Below, piece after piece: positions 12,501 to 18,868 of a stretch of DNA of 49,126 nt (positions within the stretch are counted from its first letter, which is position 1; every line of letters starts with the position of its first letter). The notes under the pieces are model-generated. The model had not been told where the DNA came from. It did not search any database and saw only the letters and a list, made by a program, of their open reading frames with translations. The stretch is from an uncultured Maribacter sp. (GTDB taxonomy: Bacteria; Bacteroidota; Bacteroidia; Flavobacteriales; Flavobacteriaceae). The position numbers and the translations under genes are program-made. Location of the stretch: positions 1 to 49,126 of the forward strand of contig CBDUKC010000001.1 in the NCBI GenBank assembly GCA_965367705.1, written 5' to 3'.

Positions 12501-14255
12501 AACACTGTGGAAATAACGGAACCAACCTTGGTTGAAGCGCTCTTGATTAGAACTGATCCATTGACCTGTGCAACGGGAGTAGAGTTTGAACTATCCGCTA
12601 GCGGTGGAAGCGGTACCTACGAATACAGTACGGACAATGTGACGTTCCTCCCAATGACCAGTAATCCGTTAGGCTTGCCTGAAACAGGCACCTTTAGCGC
12701 CGGAACTTATCAATACTATGTTCGGGATGCGGCAAATGGTTGTGATGCTGTTTTGTCCAACGCGGTAACAGAAGACACTATTATCCCATTAACCTTAACA
12801 GTAGACGATACGGCTGCCTTTATAAATTGTACAGGAGAAAGTACGGCGGTAATCTATGCAGAAGCCAATGGCGGACTTGGAAATTATCAATATGAACTGT
12901 TTACTGATGCTGCTTTAACATTGGCATCCCGAATAGCAGGCCCCCAAACTGTTGGAGAGTTCAGAAACCTACCTGCAGGGACCTATTATGTGTCCGTAAC
13001 AAGTGAGGATTGTGTAACAACACCTGAAGAAGTAATTATACTTGCACCTATCCCGTTAAGCTACACGGAAGATATTGTAAATATTTCTTGTGCAGGCGAG
13101 GACAACGGGAGTATTACCGTAACCCTATCTGGTGGTGCCGGCGGGTATCAATATGCGATTTCCCCCAATCTAAATCAGTTTGATACCATAAACACGTTTA
13201 CAGATCTTTCACCTGGGGATTACACGGTTATTGCCCAAGACCAAAATGGATGTTTCGAGTATTTGGAATATACGATTACAGCGCCGACCATGTTGAGCGT
13301 AAGCGCAGTTGCCACCCCTGAGATCTGTGCAGACAGTGAAGACGGGACCATTACGTTAGCAATTACAGGAGGCACGGCTCCTTATAGCACCGCCCTTAAC
13401 TCTAATGATGATTCCGATTTTGTGTTGGATAGGACTGATTTTACGAACATGGCGGCGGGTAATTACCTGATTTTTGTTAGGGATGCCAATGGTTGTGATA
13501 TCAACGTTGTGGTAGATGTTGAGGTAGGGGTTAATCTAAACGCAGCAGTGGTGCCAGTATACGAATGCACCGGTAATATGCCGAGCAATTATGTGAATAT
13601 CACCCTAGAAGACCCATCTTTATTAGGAGATGTAATGTACGCTTTAGACTCCACTGATCCGTCTGCTATGCAGTTGAATCCGGACTTTAGAAATACTAGT
13701 CCTGGAGTGCATTATATAGCAATTGCACATACCAACGGCTGTGTTCAAACGGTTGAGTTCACTATAGAAGCTTTTGAGCCTTTAACCTTGGTGTTGGAAC
13801 AAAGAAGACTTAACGAAATTACGGCTATCGCAGAAGGTGGAAGACCTGAGTACACTTATTATTTCAATGATGTTAACAATGGAAACGACAATACTTTTTA
13901 CATTACCAGAACGGACACTTATGAGGTTAGGGTCGTTGATGAAAATGGTTGTGAGTCCATTGCATCCATATTTATTGAATTTATAGATATAGAAATACCT
14001 AATTTCTTTACACCGGACGGTGATGGAAACAATGATTTCTGGATACCCAGAAACATAGAGCAGTTTCCAGAAATACTAATCAAAATATTTGATCGTTATG
14101 GTAGAGTGGTTTCCGAACAAACCCATGATGCTCAGGGATGGGACGGAAAATACAATAAGAAGGAGTTGCCAACAGGAGACTATTGGTATGTAATACAACT
14201 AAACGGGGAAGAAGATGAACGGGAATTTGTTGGTCACTTTACCCTATATAGATAA
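546..14255 (+). CDS. Giant SprB-repeat surface protein/adhesin with type B T9SS sorting domain
   Basis: ORF 498..14255; ATG 546 (MRPTTLRGILMACFIFLVQFISIAQ) gives a clean signal peptide. DUF11-like segment (LDYVLSFENIGND..YTIRDILP), dozens of ~90-100 aa Cys-containing repeats (C..G.I...GG..PY.Y...F.GL..GTY...V.D..GC), and a C-terminal IPNFFTPDGDGNND..IFDRYG..GWDG..LPTGDYWY..GHFTLYR typical of type B CTDs. Confidence 0.93.
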   Translation: MRPTTLRGILMACFIFLVQFISIAQEYVPFTPRLDGGNIEVRGDIIFVGNNILNRASESNPSEANTPYNGTANNNSLWMEYIDIDSDSATFSSSSAELNLVDPDCSQVRYAGLYWAGTYPNERSTDGGAQFNGTPRIEEWNEIKFRVPGGAYVDLVADNNPDPLGQEDDIILDGYQPGNPGVFVKDGPVICYKNITDLVRSNPNPNGAYTAANIRATRGRRNGSSSAGWVMVIIYENPNESGKFISTFDGYASLSGAVGNVDVSVNGFRTLPAPFSVNAKIGVGSLEGDRGIRNDRFFIEANSSGSGFTNLSTGLNPANNFFNSTITTNGAEVPTRLPYGTNTLGTDLDIFNLDNQFNNILPNDETGATLRFTSSGDGYGPFLTVFSVEIIEPNIVLEKRVNTPGGVDITGLGVNLGQVLDYVLSFENIGNDDAANYTIRDILPVNVSPPDGRTDFIASDFVLPPGVTYTYTAASREVIFTIPNDLVQEGDPVYSIRMRVKVAENCFDFIDACSDLIQNLAYSTYSGVENSAIITDDPSVTDFNACGFVIPGATNFLLDDLSDCNFERTVELCGNFAILDAGDGFDEYIWVRDDNGNNLFDATDTVITDGDPDNDPSTIIVAQIGTYIVDKIVADPCKGFKEIITVEQYGSGLIPNPIIEYYNQVNGDTDPFNDIAGEIVQCSVDNDLLPKLFLCGIDDTKLLQVNILDAQSIVWERLDEGSCDPSGDDCANKALTCTWSQVATGNNYTVNNEGQYRLSVTYQNGCTSRFYFNVFQNTLDILYNKEDIICSDPGNITITNLGNGYGYQLVDAATNTILTSFAANNGPSFDFASGENGSYIVEVTQLDNTGTPIADACIFRTPEIGILDRAVSYAVTPEDATCSGLGSINVQINNADPNYEYELRLDDGSNGGQGTLIDNETAQPDNNFTFTDLNAGNYIVIARTDDGCEHTEQVSIVNNNDLEITARVSQHITCREGNILVDSGGGKTPHTYAIWSFVDNSGTTVTSYPTPQDIPSSEFQSSQIFDIMDAGNYVFLVVDRNNCFSFSNEVTIEFRPAADFDPTSVIDVACFGDSSGTIQFNLLDDNGFQLTFFLYDENGVELATNTSGYFPNLPTGDYEIVINQRKGSASCDYTEQHTISGPANAIAATSVLIQDFTCIQNGIIEVQNVTGGTAPYSFSIDGVNFVPDTTPNANRFENLTDGTYTPQVRDAAGCVFPTDPIIIAPLLEPTDLTFVAATPNCPSLVSDVTVSVVDGNPNFTYEIIAPAGDVINNGTSNTFADLAPGTYTFSVTDTKGCTIQEDFTIIPVDRISVIGQLDSNVTCLGASDGAVTFTISDFVTSFDYSVSGPSTFSGTAETANTIPLTGLPAGTYTITVTDNNTNCTDTTDVTVAAPPAVLSIATLDVIDLTCSTTGTVPGSVTITASGGWGGFEYELADPSGAVTGPQGNNTFTGLTDTSGNYTITVRDAGGCEITNTFSLTPTVAPVLEVIANSLCYDSATGLVLTANVTSGGVAPFQYRLNGGAYQSNTNFTGLAPGSYTVEVIDSKNCTGIATIDVFPTMTANAALIKDLDCSVPPDAEISLNITGGNPSFTYEVFLDGTLYQASSAVPSIPFSYFTTTAGTYTFTITDSQSCMITTNEVVVTDNVPPTSTPIITAVLCNGDANGVVNLNVSGGIPPYAITFNGSAASTQQTYSGLSTGTYNYTVTDSKGCIFNGTALVSEPDAIVLATNITTDYTCTSGAATVTVTSTVGGVGPYLYSIDGVNFSGTSTFTGLTEGSYTITVRDANQCTTTSVETIAPLNPPTDLAFTQTAPTCPAIESDVTVAVTGGNSLFTYEIVAPASSIANNGNNATFAGLSPGTYTFRVTDDKNCVIEEDYTINPIPEIGVLHQLVRNVTCFGDTDGEFTFTASDFVNTFSYTVVDSGGNVVQSNNNINTTTAIAVSGLLADSYTVNVVDDTTNCDISITALIEGPLAALDFTFTNTPVTCAENATITLSAAGGWANYTYQLENTVGPTIVYPYQSSNTFSDVPVGSYTIYVRDGNGCIVDKPITIDPAETPAITLAASDFCFDDTDQASLTVDVANGVAPYSYSINGGGQNTFTGTSVTIPNLIPGTYDIQITDAFGCVSNVLTQTIAPSLTANAVVTKALDCTVSPDANIDVNINNGYLPYASYEVSTDAGISWSPATPIVGTTFSYSAATAGIYDFRITDARGCTVITSAEVVPIVSPVITSLVQTTDILCNGDAGASIQVNLDITQGVAPFVITVFNITTATNYSTQTAGLPAGTYEVTVTDSKSCTDMETIVISEPDPLSFETVLTDITCDSAGSDPTNNTIPGSITVFNTAGGTAEYTYYLTANNGMPTQTYTTTPGNLDHTFNILNFGIYNVQVVDANGCSLNSDEIIASPPDDLDIDVSAITADCVAGGEAVVTVSSAFSSGTYEFAILETYSPPFSVNYQNADVVGGDSATFSGLIPGITYTFVVYDLATKCYYFETADAPINSPSGLTSTLDVVANVSCTGSADGNVSFTFDNYASDATDVTYEIFNFQSNTTTGISGTSSVNPPAVGTGVSVPNLGPLPQGVYYILFNEVNGTFNGCSVASDVFTIEEAAVQLVATATLEKNDNCNPNAGQISAIGQFGRAPYEYQLALSTDVAPTVAIWTGNSTNFFNVEGGSYTVYVKDAFGCIQSDDVVVPVDPSPEISVLVNDQCTANEGSFSAVITLDVAGIVPHVIRIDGGAPIAASGLVNSGDTMTISNLSSGTHTFEIIDQNGCGEIESITIYPPLTALVAISSDENCDPANTGEVTVTASGGSGTYTYTLITPAGPNNGTGIFGGLTHSVSYTFEVEDTVTNCTVPVTITLPVPSLPTFSLSNTDVSCFGGNDGSITVTLAPGNIDIPYLYSLDGGATTQTSNVFSGLSQGTYNVTVISDKGCEDTRAIDVNEPSALSIAASASTFSCDDTASTITVTINNDGFGNPSGTGPYLYSFDNGANFGPNNTFQVAFGAPDVTIVVQDSNGCADSVIVSIPLRDEVTALINVAQVIDCVNGEERIAITASNGSGNYTYTALPSGIVVPDPTNIVITAPGNYVYEITDTTTNCSVTVEHNVAPYDLLDVTAAPTTDATCSDSTNGTIEVTVSGYIGTFDYQVLDASGVVIAGTQASDNATIDPYVFTVSTTFGAGTYSVEINQTAFPQCADISNTVTIDAPEPLALQLIDNVNANCNEANAIVTVLATGGTPLYTYGASISGAGIPATFAFDNTIELDPTVSLAWDIYVQDSNGCIIGLPLPITIATDTTPDVSLNVADVCAAEGSFEIIVTLDAINTGVAPYTMRITGGTFQSIASFPYTYSGLNAGTYDIEIRDANGCSEIESITIASELRINTVVNAQPSCNTDDGIIEFTVNGGSGAFIVALLRPDFSPVGIAPTGNQFVGVGFGDYIVRVTDTSLGTPNCFADAFVTLEEPTPVTLLNTDKTDVSCAGASDGSISVNLETPSAGVNDNPPYVFVITDGTNTFTQNNGLFTGLPAGTYDITVTSNRNCVATDQEIIGEPIALDASITAVTEFVCDVNNVTQVATIEVMITTGTGTPDYFYSVNGSGFLPTNGTVFTYSTTVAGTYDIIVRDANGCLFPLPTQTIDPINTFTAQVTQNAAITCTNPEEVLITVTDDGNPHNYIFELLPVGNPNGVQTATTATTATYSLSAVGSYTFRITDTDTGCYIDTLPYDIAPFDFIDVVATATTPVTCFGDGNGALEINITGYTGTYSYQVFDAAGNTVGGLVNTDTSVNPRPIGGLSGGNYSVRITETAIPFCTDDSNTVTIVSPDSPLTVIVDAIGDPTCDNDQGEILVDPSGGYAPYDISMVNTITGDTYTATDVQAISFAGLSAGNFDITVTDASGCVYTDTEVLNPATPITANATPLITDLACYGDTGATVSANVTGGGSGSYEYQLNYYDAVGTTITFTTGQQLSPNFNDLGAGIYSITVSDGWNCDIITNTVEITEPTLVEALLIRTDPLTCATGVEFELSASGGSGTYEYSTDNVTFLPMTSNPLGLPETGTFSAGTYQYYVRDAANGCDAVLSNAVTEDTIIPLTLTVDDTAAFINCTGESTAVIYAEANGGLGNYQYELFTDAALTLASRIAGPQTVGEFRNLPAGTYYVSVTSEDCVTTPEEVIILAPIPLSYTEDIVNISCAGEDNGSITVTLSGGAGGYQYAISPNLNQFDTINTFTDLSPGDYTVIAQDQNGCFEYLEYTITAPTMLSVSAVATPEICADSEDGTITLAITGGTAPYSTALNSNDDSDFVLDRTDFTNMAAGNYLIFVRDANGCDINVVVDVEVGVNLNAAVVPVYECTGNMPSNYVNITLEDPSLLGDVMYALDSTDPSAMQLNPDFRNTSPGVHYIAIAHTNGCVQTVEFTIEAFEPLTLVLEQRRLNEITAIAEGGRPEYTYYFNDVNNGNDNTFYITRTDTYEVRVVDENGCESIASIFIEFIDIEIPNFFTPDGDGNNDFWIPRNIEQFPEILIKIFDRYGRVVSEQTHDAQGWDGKYNKKELPTGDYWYVIQLNGEEDEREFVGHFTLYR

Positions 14256-14273
14256 GAACTTAACCTAAAGAAT

Positions 14274-15218
14274 ATGCGTAAACAAATATTGGTGCTTGCT
14301 CTGTTTATAGGAGCCTTTGCGCTAAGAGGCCAGGAACTTACGATTCCCCAATTATCACAATATCTGGCAGACAACCCCTTTGTGATGTCCCCTACCTATG
14401 CAGGTATTGGAGATCATGTAAAAATTAGGGTAAACGGTCTTACCCAATGGGTTGGTGTAAAGGATGCTCCTGATACGCAGTCTTTGGCAGCAGATATGCG
14501 TGTTGGAGAAAAATCCGGCATAGGAGCATTATTATATAATGATAGTAATGGTGAGACCAAACAACGTGGTGCCCGAATTTCTTTCGCACACCATTTAACC
14601 TTAGACCGTTATGACGATGAGTTTTTGTCTTTTGGTATATCCTATAATTTTAATCAATTCAGAATTGATATAGAAAATTTTGACGCGTTGGACCCGAGTG
14701 TAACAGATGATAGAGCAACCACGAACCATAACTTTGATGTAGGACTCTTATATCGTTACGATAAGTTTTATATTAGCGCAAATGCATCAAACCTTTTAGA
14801 GAAGGATTTGACCAAGTTCAATCCTATTTTTGAACCCAACACCCTGCGTAATTACTATTTGTATACTGGGTATAGGTACAGCAAAAGTAAAAACAGCAAC
14901 TTAGAGATAGAACCTTCTATTTTCTTTCAGCTTTTTGAGAGCGATGGTAGATCGGTTACAGATTTAAACGTAAAATTCCGTTGGTACGATTTTGAGGATT
15001 ATTACTATGCGGGTGTTACCTATAGATTTCTGAATGATCAGATTGGAGACCCTTTATATATTGCACCTATTGTAGGTCTTAAAAAAAATAATTTTTACTT
15101 CGGGTATTCCTATCAAGTTATTCTAAATGAAATTTTAGGGTATAGTAGCGGAACACACGTGGTTACTTTGGGTGTTGATTTATTCCAAGGCATAAGTAAT
15201 TGTAGGTGTACCTATTAG
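14274..15218 (+). CDS. PorP/SprF-family type IX secretion outer membrane protein
   Basis: SQYLADN..SPTYAG, QWVGVKDAPDTQ, GYSY..GTHVVTLG motifs; 314 aa; 18 bp downstream of a type B CTD gene, the usual arrangement. Confidence 0.92.
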   Translation: MRKQILVLALFIGAFALRGQELTIPQLSQYLADNPFVMSPTYAGIGDHVKIRVNGLTQWVGVKDAPDTQSLAADMRVGEKSGIGALLYNDSNGETKQRGARISFAHHLTLDRYDDEFLSFGISYNFNQFRIDIENFDALDPSVTDDRATTNHNFDVGLLYRYDKFYISANASNLLEKDLTKFNPIFEPNTLRNYYLYTGYRYSKSKNSNLEIEPSIFFQLFESDGRSVTDLNVKFRWYDFEDYYYAGVTYRFLNDQIGDPLYIAPIVGLKKNNFYFGYSYQVILNEILGYSSGTHVVTLGVDLFQGISNCRCTY

Positions 15219-15263
15219 ATTTTGGTTTCTTTCCTGTAGTTTTGCCAAAATTCTTATCTATTT

Positions 15264-15623
15264 ATGGGGACGGTACGCGTAGAAAATATTAGGGTGTATG
15301 CCCATCATGGTTGTCTTTCTGAAGAAACTACCATTGGGAGCGATTACCTTGTGAATGTTCTTGTTAAAACGAATCTTTCCAAAGCGGCTATAAGCGATGC
15401 GCTTGTTGACACCGTGGATTATGTACACATTAATAAAATAGTGGAGCAAGAGATGGCCATGCCGTCTAAATTGCTGGAACACGTTGCTAAGAGGATTAGC
15501 GACCGTATTTTTGTTGAAATTTCAATGGTGAAAAAATCAAAAATATCCGTGTCCAAAATAAACCCACCAATTAATGGAGATGTTGAAAAAGTAACTATTG
15601 TACTGAAATCGAAAAGAAGGTGA
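15264..15623 (+). CDS. folB: Dihydroneopterin aldolase
   Basis: AHHGCLSEE, SDALVDTVDY, LLEHVA, VSKINPPING motifs; 119 aa. Confidence 0.95.
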   Translation: MGTVRVENIRVYAHHGCLSEETTIGSDYLVNVLVKTNLSKAAISDALVDTVDYVHINKIVEQEMAMPSKLLEHVAKRISDRIFVEISMVKKSKISVSKINPPINGDVEKVTIVLKSKRR

Positions 15624-15632
15624 TTATATCTT

Positions 15633-15663
15633 TTTGATACATTGAAATAAGGTGCTACCTTTG
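15633..15663 (+). promoter_or_regulatory. Bacteroidota housekeeping promoter for tRNA-Cys
   Basis: TTTG (15633-15636), 19 nt, TACCTTTG (15656-15663) matches the TTTG-N19-21-TAnnTTTG consensus; ends 11 nt before the tRNA. Confidence 0.75.
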
Positions 15664-15674
15664 CACTCATATTT

Positions 15675-15745
15675 GGCATCGTGGCCGAGTGGCTAGGCGC
15701 AGCTCTGCAAAAGCTTGTACAGCGGTTCGAATCCGCTCGATGCCT
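15675..15745 (+). tRNA. tRNA-Cys(GCA)
   Basis: Acceptor stem GGCATCG/CGATGCC, D arm GCC-GAGTGGCTA-GGC, anticodon loop CTGCAAA, T arm AGCGG-TTCGAAT-CCGCT, discriminator U; CCA not encoded. Confidence 0.96.
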
Positions 15746-15747
15746 CT

Positions 15748-15781
15748 AAATCCCTCCTTTTTAGGAGGGATTTTCTTTTTT
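15748..15781 (+). terminator. Intrinsic terminator after tRNA-Cys, possibly also serving the convergent DoxX gene
   Basis: AAATCCCTCCT-TTTT-AGGAGGGATTT followed by a T-rich tail. Confidence 0.85.
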
Positions 15782-15823
15782 CAGATGTCCTTCGATGTTT
15801 TGAAGAAACCTACTGTGTTTTTA

Positions 15824-16222
15824 TTAAAGTTGTAGGAGAAAAACCAAGAAAATAGCAGGAATAAAATAGACGGCGATAGTTCGCGCACCCTCATAATCTT
15901 TGGCAATCCGCTGACCCAACAATAACATTAGTAAGGCGACACAGGATAGAATAGCACCGTAAAAGGCTATGTCAGAATAACCTGAGATTATTATTTGAAA
16001 CGCACCAAATAGGCAAAGTACTCCTGCAACAACCTCTGTTACAAGAACAGTCCCTAAAAGAAACGGCACCATGTTCTTAAAAGGTGTTTCTGCAAAATGG
16101 CCCTTTAGCCAACCAAGATTTCCTTTCCAGTCCGTAATCTTGTCCACTCCGCTTTGTAAAAAGGTGATTACAAGAAATATAAGCAGTAAAATTTCAGTAG
16201 CGTTGTTTAGAAGTGTTTCCAT
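15824..16222 (-). CDS. DoxX-family membrane protein
   Basis: FLQSGVDK..DWKGNLGWLKGHF..E..AG..LGQRIAKDYEGA; four hydrophobic segments. Confidence 0.8.
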   Translation of the reverse strand: METLLNNATEILLLIFLVITFLQSGVDKITDWKGNLGWLKGHFAETPFKNMVPFLLGTVLVTEVVAGVLCLFGAFQIIISGYSDIAFYGAILSCVALLMLLLGQRIAKDYEGARTIAVYFIPAIFLVFLLQL

Positions 16223-16262
16223 GTTTAAAAGCAGTTTTAATTGAAAATAGAATGACTTTATG

Positions 16263-17432
16263 TTAGGTTTTGGGAAGGAGGGAGCTGGGGTTTTTATGTA
16301 ATAACCTTGTTAACTTAATGGACAAGTCTGTAAAGATAATTTTGGCATTACCATTTCTTTCTATATGATATATGGCATTTTCCAATTCTTCAACAATAGG
16401 GAGAATATTATTCTCATGTACGAAGGGAGCAAATTTTTTCAATTGAAAACCATCTACATGTATTTTCATGTAGGCAAGCGCTGCAACCCCGTAATTTAAT
16501 AATAATGCCTGTCGCATCACCATAATACAATAGTGTAGGAATTTTTTTTGAGTTTCCCTTCCTGTTTTCGCTAGCTCTTCGCTCCAAAGAATAAGTTCGT
16601 GTATGGCCGCCTTATTCCCTTTTGCCTTAAATGCACTTCGCACCCATTGTACAAACCATTTTTCAAAGACCAGGTCTTCGGAATCGTTATGAAAAAGGTC
16701 CAAGGCTTTATTGAAATTACCATTGGCCTCATGGGCAATACGCATAGCTTCCTCGGTTGTCGCCCCTTTATCGATTAATCCAGCGACTATTGCTTCTTCT
16801 GCCAATGGCGGAAAATGTAAAATTTGACAACGAGATTTTATGGTTTGGATAATTTGTTCTTCATCCTGGCAAAGTAGTAGGAAAATAGTTTTATCTGGCG
16901 GTTCCTCAATAAGCTTTAAGAGCTTGTTAGACGCAGCTGTGTTCATTCGTTCTGCCATCCAAATGACCATCACTTTGTAGCCGCCTTCATAGGATTTTAA
17001 GGAGAGCTTTCTTAAAATGTTCTGTGCTTCGTCTACCCCTATCTGCCCTTGTTTTTTTTCAATTTCGATGAGCCTATACCAATCAAATAGATTGCCATAA
17101 GGTTGCTCGGACATGAAATTTCGCCATTCTTGAATATAATTATCACTTACGGCATGTGATTTTGCCTTGTCCGAGTTCGCAACCGGAAACGCAAAATGCA
17201 TGTCTGGGTGTGAAAAAGAGTTGAATTTTAGATTACAAGCGATTTCTCCTCCTTCGTTTTCGCTATTGGTGTTGTTGCAAATCACATATTGTGCGTATGC
17301 TAAAGCCATTGGCAATAGGCCGGAACCTTCTGGCCCTACAAACAGTTGCGCATGAGGAATCCTACCAGCATCGGCACTCGCGGTCAAATGGTTCTTAATA
17401 TGGGAAAGCCCTAGAATATCCTTAAAAAACAT
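16263..17432 (-). CDS. holB: DNA polymerase III subunit delta'
   Basis: HAQLFVGPEGSG degenerate Walker A, HPDMHF, NKLLKLIEEPP, TIKSRCQ motif. Confidence 0.93.
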   Translation of the reverse strand: MFFKDILGLSHIKNHLTASADAGRIPHAQLFVGPEGSGLLPMALAYAQYVICNNTNSENEGGEIACNLKFNSFSHPDMHFAFPVANSDKAKSHAVSDNYIQEWRNFMSEQPYGNLFDWYRLIEIEKKQGQIGVDEAQNILRKLSLKSYEGGYKVMVIWMAERMNTAASNKLLKLIEEPPDKTIFLLLCQDEEQIIQTIKSRCQILHFPPLAEEAIVAGLIDKGATTEEAMRIAHEANGNFNKALDLFHNDSEDLVFEKWFVQWVRSAFKAKGNKAAIHELILWSEELAKTGRETQKKFLHYCIMVMRQALLLNYGVAALAYMKIHVDGFQLKKFAPFVHENNILPIVEELENAIYHIERNGNAKIIFTDLSIKLTRLLHKNPSSLLPKT

Positions 17433-17437
17433 AATTT

Positions 17438-17445
17438 CAAATATA
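17438..17445 (-). promoter_or_regulatory. -7 box (TATATTTG) for holB
   Basis: CAAATATA on + strand, 5 nt before the holB start codon; the divergent pgk has TACATTTG at 17527-17534. Confidence 0.6.
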
Positions 17446-17558
17446 AGCGTTTTTAATGCAGCGAGGAATAAAGGATTCGGCTATAAATTTACATCAACAG
17501 AGTTTTATACCCACTCTATTAATCTTTACATTTGTGTCTTATTTAAAAGCAGAATCTC

Positions 17559-18749
17559 ATGAATGTACTCGACGACTATAATTTTGAAAATAAAAAAGCA
17601 TTGATTAGGGTGGACTTTAATGTCCCTTTAAATGAAGACTTTGAAGTTACCGACATCAATCGTATCGAAGCAGCAAAACCGACAATCATTAAGGTTTTGG
17701 AGGACGGAGGGAGCGCAGTGCTTATGAGTCATTTAGGGAGGCCAAAAGGAGAAAGAAATCCAGATTTATCTTTGAAACATATATGCGCGGCAGTTTCTGA
17801 TGTAATTGGTGTTACGGTAAAATTCGTTGATGAGTGTGTTGGGGAAAAGGCGGAAAAAGCAGTGGCTGAACTTCAAAGCGGTGAAGTATTGTTATTAGAA
17901 AACCTAAGATATCACGCTGAAGAGGAAAAAGGAGACGAGGCGTTTGCTGAGCAATTATCAAAATTAGGAGATATCTATGTGAATGATGCTTTTGGCACGG
18001 CACACCGCGCACATGCTTCTACAACGATAGTTGCAAAATACTTCAAAGGCGCAAAGTGTTTTGGATATTTGCTGGCAAAAGAAATCAAAGCGATTGAAAA
18101 GGTAATGCGTACAGGAGAAAAACCTGTGTTGGCAATATTGGGTGGAGCTAAGGTATCGTCAAAAATTACGATTATAGAAAATATTTTGGACAAGGTAGAT
18201 GATTTAATTATTGGTGGCGGGATGACCTATACCTTCATAAAGGCTCAGGGAGGCCAGGTTGGAGATTCTATCTGCGAGGATGATAAAATGGAACTGGCTA
18301 TGGAAATTTTAAAACAGGCCAAGGAAAAAGGGGTGAATATTCATATTCCTGTCGATGTTATTGCTGCCGATGATTTTAGCAACACGGCGAATACTAAAAT
18401 TGTAGATGTCGATAAGATTGAAGATGGATGGCAAGGACTTGATGCCGGCCCTAGAACCTTAGAGAACTTCAAAAATGTTATTCTTGGCGCCAAGACCATA
18501 CTTTGGAATGGACCTGTAGGTGTCTTTGAAATGGAAAGTTTTGCCAAGGGTACTATTGCGGTGGGCAACTTTATAGACCAAGCCACACAAAATGGCGCTT
18601 TTTCATTAGTAGGTGGTGGAGATTCCGTAGCTGCAGTGAAACAATTCGGTTTTGAAAACAAAGTGAGCTATGTCTCTACAGGAGGTGGTGCAATGTTAGA
18701 AAGCCTAGAGGGTAAAACTCTGCCGGGTATCGCGGCAATATTAGCATAG
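17559..18749 (+). CDS. pgk: Phosphoglycerate kinase
   Basis: [52 protein letters not shown]. Confidence 0.98.
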   Translation: MNVLDDYNFENKKALIRVDFNVPLNEDFEVTDINRIEAAKPTIIKVLEDGGSAVLMSHLGRPKGERNPDLSLKHICAAVSDVIGVTVKFVDECVGEKAEKAVAELQSGEVLLLENLRYHAEEEKGDEAFAEQLSKLGDIYVNDAFGTAHRAHASTTIVAKYFKGAKCFGYLLAKEIKAIEKVMRTGEKPVLAILGGAKVSSKITIIENILDKVDDLIIGGGMTYTFIKAQGGQVGDSICEDDKMELAMEILKQAKEKGVNIHIPVDVIAADDFSNTANTKIVDVDKIEDGWQGLDAGPRTLENFKNVILGAKTILWNGPVGVFEMESFAKGTIAVGNFIDQATQNGAFSLVGGGDSVAAVKQFGFENKVSYVSTGGGAMLESLEGKTLPGIAAILA

Positions 18750-18868
18750 TTGGGGCGTTATCGATAAACGGGGCTTGCTGAATTTTGTACATTTTAAGGA
18801 ATAATATTTTATTCTATCGATAAAATGTACGATTTTCGCTAGTGCCCGCTTATAAATTTTCATCAGCT

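Noticed and set aside
15675-15745. tRNA-Cys as an integration site, its proximity to a Cys-rich giant gene, and a C-U mismatch at the top of the anticodon stem
   Set aside because: No integrase or duplicated tRNA 3' end was seen; the proximity has no mechanistic support; a mismatch at that position is commonly tolerated.
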